Of a stretch of 64,000 bases of DNA, positions 58,101 through 64,000 are shown one piece after another. Position numbers and translations under genes: made by a program. Origin of the DNA: a virus; the IMG/VR virus record IMGVR_UViG_3300028840_003168. One strand, written 5' to 3'. Position 1 is the first letter of the stretch. The number at the start of each line of letters is the position of its first letter. The notes beneath the pieces were generated by a model. It was not told the origin of the DNA. It was given only the letters and a program-made list of their open reading frames with translations, and searched no databases.

Positions 58101-60538
58101 TGGATGCGGGTCAGTTCGGGTGGGACTATCTTTTGGTAAATGAAGAGACTGGTGAGGACATCCTTATCCAGACAGATTGGGACTATCCTGGCGTGGCTTC
58201 TTATTTGGGGTGGCAGCATATTTGTCCTGATGGGGAAGCCCATGGTGAGACTGACGGGACGGTTGACTGTCCAGTGTGTGGAGAATCCTCAAGTGACATG
58301 ATTGGGGAAGCAGGAGAGTTCCTGGACGATCACATTGGGGATACCTTTGAAGACCCGGGATATTTCAGCGAGTCCAGAGGGGCCAAACGGAGATGGTTTC
58401 GGCAAGGTCAATCAATGGAGTTAGAGGATCTCCCTGCGTGGCAGACTACACTCCCTGACGAGATCAAGCAGCTATGGTTTGATGGAAATAGAGAAGAAGC
58501 TCTTGACCAGTTGTTCCAGACCGATGGCGGCTATGCTATCTATCAGCAGATACAGGAGGACTGGGGTGATGCGGAGTTTGCGGCTGCTGTGAGTGACCGT
58601 CATTCAAAGAATATGGAAGACCTCAAGCGTAGCCGTAGTTCTGCTCGACGGAGGCGTCTTCGGCAAGGCTCCCGAAGGGCCAATGCCACCTCGTCGATCA
58701 TAAGCAAAATCGACAACGACCCGCGCTCGTACATCGGCGCGAAGAAGCTCATCGACCAGACTGACGACAAGCTGAAATTAGCCGAGAAACTCGAAGCCTA
58801 CTTCACCAAGAGGGATGGAATCTCCACGGACGGCGTGAACTGGGGCAAGGTCGTGGATGCAGTCCATGCAAAGTTCGGTGAGGAAGCCGTGAAGGACAAT
58901 GATGGGAAAGAAGCCCGTCGCAGACGTGCTTTTCACATTCCGATAGAGGAAGTGGAGTTTGATCTTGAGATTATGGAAGACGATGTTCCTGTTCGCGGGA
59001 ATGCCATAGTCTCTGGTGATGATGATCTTGATAAGGAAGTTGAGGATGAGATTCTTGAGCGTCTTGAGACCGGCGATTTGTGGGCCTGGTGTACCGTTAA
59101 GGTCACTGCCGAGTGGGAAGCTGAGGATGGCCGTATTTTTAGCGGCGAGGACTATTTGGGGGGTTGCTCTTACAGGGATGAGGAAGACTTCACGGAGCCT
59201 GGGGGCTACTACGACGATATGAAGGAGCAGGCCTATGCAGAGCTTCTTGCAGAGGCTTCAGGTGCAGATCCGCAACCGATGGACCCTCGCCAGCAGAAGC
59301 TTCCCGGAGTTGATGCCCGTCGCCAAGCCAAGAGCATAAAAGAAAAGCTGGAAGAGTTCCAAGGTGTGGAGATAATCTTCGAGGATACTGGAGATGAGGA
59401 TACCGAATATATTGTCAAAGCACTTCAGGACGCAGGGGTTGATGCCAGTCTGGGTGACTACACTGAAGTGGATGGTGATAGTCTTGCCAATAGTGTGTAC
59501 GCTGAAAACATCATCAAAGATATAGAAGCAATCGTTTTCGGTGATGATGACGAGGAAGAGGAACCTGAGCGTGGAGAGCGTTGGGAAGATCTGAGTGACG
59601 ATGAGAAACGCTGGTACCACGAGGAACAACGTATCATAGACAGAAACAGAGGTCTGGAATCTCGCCGCCATGCCCAGGATGATATGATTCCTCAAGTATG
59701 GGAGGGTTCTTTTTACGCTTTGGATTTTCCTTCCGGGACCGAGTTTATTGATGCCAGCTGGGTGGATGAGTCTCTTTCCGAATTGAAAAATGCTAATTTT
59801 GCTAAGGGAGGTGTCCCTGAAGATGTGCGGGAGGTCCAGGGCTGGGGTGCTCAGTTGGTTTCTCCTGATGGCGTTGAGTACACAGATTTAGAAGTGTTTG
59901 ACACCGAGGATGAAGCTCGGGCGTCTTTGAAGAGGGGAAGAGGGGCTCGTCGCCAGGCCCAGACCTACGAATGGACCAACGACATCACCCGGCAGGCCTA
60001 TGAGGTTCTGAACCGCGACAAGGCCACTGTAGCCGCCGTGGAGGAACTCATGGCTGCTCATGCCGAGGACGCCGACAACACCATCCTAGTAGGCAACCTG
60101 GCACCTCTCCTTGGAAGTGAGATGGATTTCACCGAGGGCAGCTCTCACGAGATTGTCTGGGAAGAGGTCATTGAGAACTTCCAAGGCGGCACCCCCGAGA
60201 CCATGTACGATGAGAGCTACCAGATGGCCGCTTCCCGGCAGGCCATGCCCATGGAAGAGGACTTGGAGATGGACGGACCCCCGATGGAACTCGAAGAGTT
60301 CATCGATGAGGAACCGGCCCCCAAAGAGCCGCGCAAGTGGCCCGGTACCAAAGCCCCCATGGAGAACGGTGATAAAGCGAAGTTCAATGGGCATGACGGT
60401 CCCATCCGCGGGAAGATTGTGGAGATCGATGAGGCGGGAGATACCCTCATCCTGGAGAGCAAGGGGATGCAGTACCGGGTAGTGGTGGATGACGTGGAGG
60501 CTCTCCCGAGTACGATGAACAAGATGTGGAAAGAGTAG
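55157..60538 (+). CDS. Modular acidic polyprotein-like protein B with Arg-rich linkers
   Basis: 1793 aa. About 12 linkers (EARRRRAG, EARRRAQ, EARRRKAQ, DARRQA, ESRRHAQ, GARRQAQ and others). SH3-like C-terminus. Confidence 0.85.
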   Translation: MNINELRNKGHVKNSPIIKGLKRQQRLVQANLNRHAQQHSLTDMFSALKPGAREDDRQLHSLVKTAVSETNDLLNQFYFPVAPQLAFTKVKNVKYAKHDDSEVVSGCIMLNCKIASLSGVDVDADIPVHVERGELVLPSVLYQDGREHVIAQSTIDMITQRHTSYALPELRQQGEPPYDLEEAKMATESRNAIGYQPRKPIYLDEVTQNNDFRDKRPRIAAKGAPLGFKIVKEEMDKAEADGLDTFPRPIDYILATYVRPIMGEVYMSAWAPALTNGGYAINPYGENRGRPKTGSRRKVAGLGDKFIDNFGDVNWLEHGGKLLFEGESGPYVVVVDTWRLDDGQAEGESDPDMIWDVYRVDIEDGFKEDENGDVIGSNGYTEWWSKRDEMEGIASTVGQDVEEFIDDITSEDLKDRFFAYDTIAATWGWENLEGGPADQYDIDDLVRLFEGTELEETVKDVAEFRDLGLAQRDEEAEDEFSDYADEDDPDEGYDFKEARRRRAGEPFGTDVDFFEQWFHGAGFYSFGDMIEGYFDLNDDDLVTVAAATDGGSMSPPYALLIEQGGNPDVMMDAVVEMLEENLRHFRSDDIDKAYQEELKERGIRDFDDYADDDDMDEERWDIQSEIDQQYAGAEGLELFKIPPQDLLRIIKGHRNSEELLERIGVEGLDYESAEEDFSEREARRYEAGYGSETGDWGEPHKLHGVTYLELPDGRWEVPGNQGMPAEFFDSESDARDYIASYKDNGREARRRAQVEVDAEEAEMIIMNDEGMYNEAMFIVRQWNGTNIKDITADFMEYFGDLSETMDVGDWEDVAREIIEGMEDDEEHPPGMEPDSTWESKWELMLKEGVSGSVDIEVEYDYMVFEDGITQYYPDADLVESGDNYDNQMLKAIEAKYPDAYVSVQPGARDDITVTVNVDEQGDESDQLEDKRLTWMLAKEKEIQSDVRDMMEEGVESWDWLVEAGEDDNGREARRRKAQQVRLDAGQFGWDYLLVNEETGEDILIQTDWDYPGVASYLGWQHICPDGEAHGETDGTVDCPVCGESSSDMIGEAGEFLDDHIGDTFEDPGYFSESRGAKRRWFRQGQSMELEDLPAWQTTLPDEIKQLWFDGNREEALDQLFQTDGGYAIYQQIQEDWGDAEFAAAVSDRHSKNMEDLKRSRSSARRRRLRQGSRRANATSSIISKIDNDPRSYIGAKKLIDQTDDKLKLAEKLEAYFTKRDGISTDGVNWGKVVDAVHAKFGEEAVKDNDGKEARRRRAFHIPIEEVEFDLEIMEDDVPVRGNAIVSGDDDLDKEVEDEILERLETGDLWAWCTVKVTAEWEAEDGRIFSGEDYLGGCSYRDEEDFTEPGGYYDDMKEQAYAELLAEASGADPQPMDPRQQKLPGVDARRQAKSIKEKLEEFQGVEIIFEDTGDEDTEYIVKALQDAGVDASLGDYTEVDGDSLANSVYAENIIKDIEAIVFGDDDEEEEPERGERWEDLSDDEKRWYHEEQRIIDRNRGLESRRHAQDDMIPQVWEGSFYALDFPSGTEFIDASWVDESLSELKNANFAKGGVPEDVREVQGWGAQLVSPDGVEYTDLEVFDTEDEARASLKRGRGARRQAQTYEWTNDITRQAYEVLNRDKATVAAVEELMAAHAEDADNTILVGNLAPLLGSEMDFTEGSSHEIVWEEVIENFQGGTPETMYDESYQMAASRQAMPMEEDLEMDGPPMELEEFIDEEPAPKEPRKWPGTKAPMENGDKAKFNGHDGPIRGKIVEIDEAGDTLILESKGMQYRVVVDDVEALPSTMNKMWKE

Positions 60539-60541
60539 ACC

Positions 60542-62278
60542 ATGGACGAAGGATACACATTCACGCTCCAGGGTTACGACGTAGTTGTGAACGAGACCGA
60601 GAATTCCGAGGTTTTCCATGTTCAGATTCATGAAGGTGGGGCGCCTGTCTATGAGACCGATGTCCCCATCACTTTGGAGGACGAGGAAATTATCCTTGAT
60701 GAGGTAATCGATCACGCGGCCAAGGCTGCGATTGATATGTACGAGTCGGAGAAAGGTACCTTGGGACAAGGTGCTGAACCGCTAGAAATAGAGGCCAAAA
60801 TGAAAAGAGGACAAGCGATAGCTTCCCCAGGATGCTACTGGATGGAGTCGTGCAACTACACCGAATGGCTCATGCAGCTCAAAGGCACCCCCTACGAGCA
60901 GCAGGCCATCGTTCTGCTTGAGGAACTTATCAACCTCCAGGCCCCAGGCGCGACCAACACCGAGCTGGATGCTTTGTATAAGCAGAAAAGCCAGGTGGAG
61001 CATGAGCTGGATCGGCTGAACCTGGAGAGACTCAAGACTGCCGATCCTCCCAAACAGATCGTTGTCATTGAGGCCAACCGTACCCGGCGTGTGAGCTTCT
61101 CCGGGTTAGACTGGGTCGAAGGTTTCCTGGATGCGTTCAAAGACCACAGGCTGGAGCCTCAGGCCATTCTCAAGGTCAAGGAACTGATCGACCTGGAAGC
61201 GGCCATCGACGTGGCCAGCGCCACCGAGAGTGGTACCTGGGACCAGCAGGACGAGGTTCGCCGGCAGATGGACGCACTGCTCATCGAGAAGACCAAGTCC
61301 GAGGTGGACCAGAAGCTCCCCCAGAGCGGCATCGAGGTGGCCCCTGAGATGGCCAACGACATCGCTGACCTGATGGAAGGCGTCTCGATGGACGCTCCCC
61401 TGGAGCCGATGGTGGCTCGTCGCCGGCAGGTTGCTTACGAGGAGTACTACCCCGGTGAACACGGGGAAGGTGCGACAAGCAACTCGATTCTGGATGCCAT
61501 GGCCCGTGCCGTGTATGTGACCAGCTGGTCTAGTGAGTGGGAGTACCTGTGGGAAGACTATGAGGACGAGGTTATCGAAGAAGAAGCTGAAGAACTCGGA
61601 ATCGAAGTTCCCAATTTCATGGGTGCTGAACTCATGTCGATTGCACCGCCCACTGAGAAAGAGGCTCATGACCTTGCCAAGAAAGTGTATGACGAAATCG
61701 AGCGCGATAACAATGTGAACCTCGAAGACTTCATCCCGCCAGGAGAGGATGAGGACTTTGATCAGTTTGAGTTTGGTCACTATCTCATGATGGAGGTGCT
61801 GGGTTCTGGTGTTGCCTGGAGCGATGACCACGAAGACCACGGGTTGAAGCTCCCGTGGGAGGAGGGGGTCCAAGTTGAGGGCCTGACTCCTTTGGTGAAT
61901 GTCTTGTACGAGAAATATGGGGAGGGTCGCGAGGCTTCCAGAAAAGGCTGCCGCAGACCTGTTAGAAAGAGAGCCCAGGATGACAAGAAAGACCCTTTCG
62001 AGGTTGAGGAATTTGGTACGGAACTGGGGAAGGGTCACGGGGACCTGGACCCCGCGGAGGTTCCCGAAGCGACCCGAGTTCCTTTCGGCCCAGGCAACTA
62101 CATAAAGCTCAAGAACGAGGTCAAGGTTCCGTTGTGGGGAGGAGCTTCTCGTACCATACCCAAAGGTACGAAAGGGTTTGTGGACTCTTTGTATGACGGC
62201 CACGGCGACCGTTTCTATATCAGAACTGAAGAAGGCGCTCTGTTCAGCACCGACCGAGATAATTTGGCAAAAGCTTAG
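60542..62278 (+). CDS. Modular acidic polyprotein-like protein C
   Basis: 578 aa. Linkers EAKMKRGQ, EANRTRRVS, VARRRQVA and EASRKGCRRPVRKRAQ. Internal helical repeat and SH3-like C-terminus. Confidence 0.8.
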   Translation: MDEGYTFTLQGYDVVVNETENSEVFHVQIHEGGAPVYETDVPITLEDEEIILDEVIDHAAKAAIDMYESEKGTLGQGAEPLEIEAKMKRGQAIASPGCYWMESCNYTEWLMQLKGTPYEQQAIVLLEELINLQAPGATNTELDALYKQKSQVEHELDRLNLERLKTADPPKQIVVIEANRTRRVSFSGLDWVEGFLDAFKDHRLEPQAILKVKELIDLEAAIDVASATESGTWDQQDEVRRQMDALLIEKTKSEVDQKLPQSGIEVAPEMANDIADLMEGVSMDAPLEPMVARRRQVAYEEYYPGEHGEGATSNSILDAMARAVYVTSWSSEWEYLWEDYEDEVIEEEAEELGIEVPNFMGAELMSIAPPTEKEAHDLAKKVYDEIERDNNVNLEDFIPPGEDEDFDQFEFGHYLMMEVLGSGVAWSDDHEDHGLKLPWEEGVQVEGLTPLVNVLYEKYGEGREASRKGCRRPVRKRAQDDKKDPFEVEEFGTELGKGHGDLDPAEVPEATRVPFGPGNYIKLKNEVKVPLWGGASRTIPKGTKGFVDSLYDGHGDRFYIRTEEGALFSTDRDNLAKA

Positions 62279-62300
62279 TTCCGCTTAGTTCCTCTCTCCC

Positions 62301-62341
62301 GAGGCCCCTGGTTCGCCTTTCGCCAGGGGCCTCAATTATTT
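62301..62341 (+). terminator. Probable intrinsic terminator
   Basis: Perfect 11-bp stem GAGGCCCCTGG/CCAGGGGCCTC followed by an AT-rich tail, just after the polyprotein operon. Confidence 0.7.
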
Positions 62342-62519
62342 GATTGACGATAACCTCCTCATATTTTAAGCTCTGATTCTCCATTCCGACAGAACTGGGT
62401 TGGCCTTCCTGGGCCGTTCAAACTTTTCCATTCGCTGGACAAAAACCGCACTCAGTTCTGTCGGTTCTTTTTTTGACATTGACCTTCGCATATTGATAGC
62501 CTATTTTAAGGAGGTCAAT

Positions 62520-62693
62520 ATGAGACGTATAGATGAATCAATAGCAAGGGGCGCAGGCTGTGTGTACATCATGAGTGTTCCACTGCTTAAAGAACTCGCA
62601 AAGAGGTATGGTACAATGTCAGCTGCTGAAGTATTTGAGATGGAGAGGAGAAGACGTGAACAAAAAGTCGCAGAGAAAAAAGCGCAAGCGTAA
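62520..62693 (+). CDS. Small hypothetical protein
   Basis: AAGGAGG RBS before ATG 62520, with TTGAC elements upstream. Confidence 0.5.
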   Translation: MRRIDESIARGAGCVYIMSVPLLKELAKRYGTMSAAEVFEMERRRREQKVAEKKAQA

Positions 62694-62787
62694 AGAGAAG
62701 CGGAGAGCCCAGGATGCTACAGTTCCCATTAAGAAACCCAAGATACAGCCCCCACCTGTTCAGAAGGAACTTTCTGAAGATTTATAG
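62656..62787 (+). CDS. Small basic hypothetical protein
   Basis: GAGGAG before GTG 62656. Lys/Arg-rich. Confidence 0.3.
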   Translation: MNKKSQRKKRKRKEKRRAQDATVPIKKPKIQPPPVQKELSEDL

Positions 62788-62859
62788 TCCGCTTTAAAAG
62801 TTCCAACGGTATATTAGATATGATGGTTTCGTTAACCCAATACTAGGAGGTGTTCGAGT

Positions 62860-63549
62860 ATGCGAGTTCCGTTGATGTTTGTGTTAGGTTCCGTGCTGGT
62901 AATGATGCTGGCTGCGGTGAGTGTAAGAGGTATGACCGATAAGGGCCTTAACCGGCCCGTTTCTATCGGTCAGTGGACAGAGAAGACAAAAAGGATAGCC
63001 GCGCAATCAGTGATCGGTGAAGCAGGGTGGGGCAGTTCAGAACGTCCGCATGAAGTTATGAATGAATGGGTTTCAATCATGCAGGTGTATGTGGTCAGGT
63101 ATAGGGAGATACGGCAGACGGGCAGAAACTGGTCTTTGTCGAAAGTTATCAGAAAGTATTCAGCTGCGGTGAAGAAAAGGAGTACTCATGCAAGGCCGTG
63201 GATACTTGGAATAGACAGAGAGTGCAAACGTCCGCGAGGGTGGCCTCAGGAACTCAGGTGGAAGTCTGTACATAAGCCGATATGTGAAAGGGCCTTCCTT
63301 ACTTTGGATAGGTGGGCCAATGGTGATATCAAGACCTTGACTCCTGAGGCAAATCATTATGGCGGCTCAATGGATGCATGGTATGCGGAGAAAGTAATGA
63401 AGTGGAAACGTGTACCGACTCCTCCATATTACGGTAACAAGTTTTATGATTCTCGCCGCCTTACAGGCAAGCCCCTCGTCGCACCCAGAATGGCAGCTCC
63501 TGGGATTCCGATGTTCGGGAACCTGGAACTCGTCCGACCGAAGATTTAG
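62860..63549 (+). CDS. Secreted or membrane-anchored cell-wall hydrolase (SleB/Hydrolase_2-like)
   Basis: AGGAGG RBS, N-terminal hydrophobic signal, AQSVIGEAG (catalytic Glu position), VIRKYS, TPEANHY and GNKFY. Confidence 0.55.
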   Translation: MRVPLMFVLGSVLVMMLAAVSVRGMTDKGLNRPVSIGQWTEKTKRIAAQSVIGEAGWGSSERPHEVMNEWVSIMQVYVVRYREIRQTGRNWSLSKVIRKYSAAVKKRSTHARPWILGIDRECKRPRGWPQELRWKSVHKPICERAFLTLDRWANGDIKTLTPEANHYGGSMDAWYAEKVMKWKRVPTPPYYGNKFYDSRRLTGKPLVAPRMAAPGIPMFGNLELVRPKI

Positions 63550-63566
63550 TCCTTCTCAAAAAAAAG

Positions 63567-63606
63567 AACCTCGATATATTGACAGGTTCTGAAAAATGTG
63601 CAGAAT
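63567..63606 (+). promoter_or_regulatory. Promoter motif copy 4
   Basis: AACCTCGATATATTGACAGG. TTGACA at 63579-63584, 16 bp, then CAGAAT preceded by TG. Confidence 0.65.
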
Positions 63607-63654
63607 AGTAGTTGTGAATCAATTTCCAAGCCTTTAACGGCAAAGGAGGTTACA

Positions 63655-64000
63655 TTGACAAAAACCCTAAACATAGCATGTGAGCTTCAACGGGCGGCGA
63701 ACGCCTTGTCCCAAGTCTGTGATGGGGCTGTTGAGGATGATGGCATGGGCTACAACGCCTGTGACACGTCATTCGGCAAGTACATCGCCGCGGTGGACCC
63801 TTCGGAGTGGGATGACGAGATCTGCTTCGTAGTTCATCGTATGCTCAAGAAGTACCAGGAGCAACTCGAATCCTACGACATCATTTATGACGAGCTGCCC
63901 AGGCCCGAGGTCAAGTGGGAGAAGGCCCCTAAGCGCGGTGACGTCTCCAAGCGCATGAAATCCAAGGCTGCTCGGGCCGACTGCCTCAAGGAACTTCAGC
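63655..64000 (+). CDS. 3'-truncated protein; N-terminus resembles a domain found ahead of phage SNF2-like helicases
   Basis: AAAGGAGG RBS and TTG start. Translates as ...LSQVCDGAVEDDGMGYNACDTSFGKYIA...MLKKYQEQL and is open to the window end. Confidence 0.55.
   Translation, partial: MTKTLNIACELQRAANALSQVCDGAVEDDGMGYNACDTSFGKYIAAVDPSEWDDEICFVVHRMLKKYQEQLESYDIIYDELPRPEVKWEKAPKRGDVSKRMKSKAARADCLKELQ

Noticed and set aside
35101-60542. In-frame stop-start junctions (TAG-ATG at 36213/4, 41475/6 and 44875/6, TGA-GTG at 41658/9, TAG-ACC-ATG at 60538/42) suggesting stop-codon recoding or readthrough
   Set aside because: Each side is a complete, separately recognisable protein with its own start codon, and long genes contain no internal stops. 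Tight gene packing explains the pattern.
18645-62203. Long minus-strand ORFs (e.g. 18645-19790, 32930-33790, 38255-39049, 57062-58243, 61106-62203)
   Set aside because: These are antisense shadows of codon-biased or low-complexity plus-strand genes, with no recognisable motifs.
49435-62278. RR motifs as Tat signal peptides, or the DNA repeats as a CRISPR array
   Set aside because: The motifs are internal with no following hydrophobic helix. The repeats are only about 12 bp, in frame and hundreds of bases apart, and no cas genes are present.
62380-62440. GTTCAAAC resembling a tRNA T-loop (also at ~33719)
   Set aside because: No cloverleaf, acceptor stem or D-arm could be built.

Overview
This 64 kb window is a fragment of a large tailed dsDNA phage, probably a contractile-tailed jumbo phage. 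Essentially every credible gene is on the + strand and reads in the standard code. 1-17 kb is a baseplate/tail module: hub, spike, gp25-like, J-like and wedge proteins, an inserted HNH endonuclease, and a beta-helix tail fibre/spike. 17-19.8 kb holds three single-gene cassettes, each preceded by the same ATATTGACAG promoter motif. 19.9-47 kb is a self-contained replication/recombination/repair module: a 5'-3' exonuclease-UDG fusion, SNF2 helicase, MazG, DnaC-like loader, DnaB, primase, sigma-like factor, sliding clamp, family A polymerase, DnaX, SSB-like protein, RecA, Mre11/Rad50, RusA and a degenerate trigger factor. 47.6-62.3 kb is the most unusual part. Three very acidic ORFs (about 1560, 1790 and 580 aa) are built like beads on a string from roughly 25-30 small modules. 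The modules are separated by short Arg-rich linkers ([ED]A-RRR...[RK]x[AGS]|Q), whose DNA (GAAGCCCGTCGC) is conserved down to synonymous codon choice. I propose these are virion-packaged, protease-processed cargo polyproteins with shuffled module content. All calls come from motif recognition by eye; no database searches were run.
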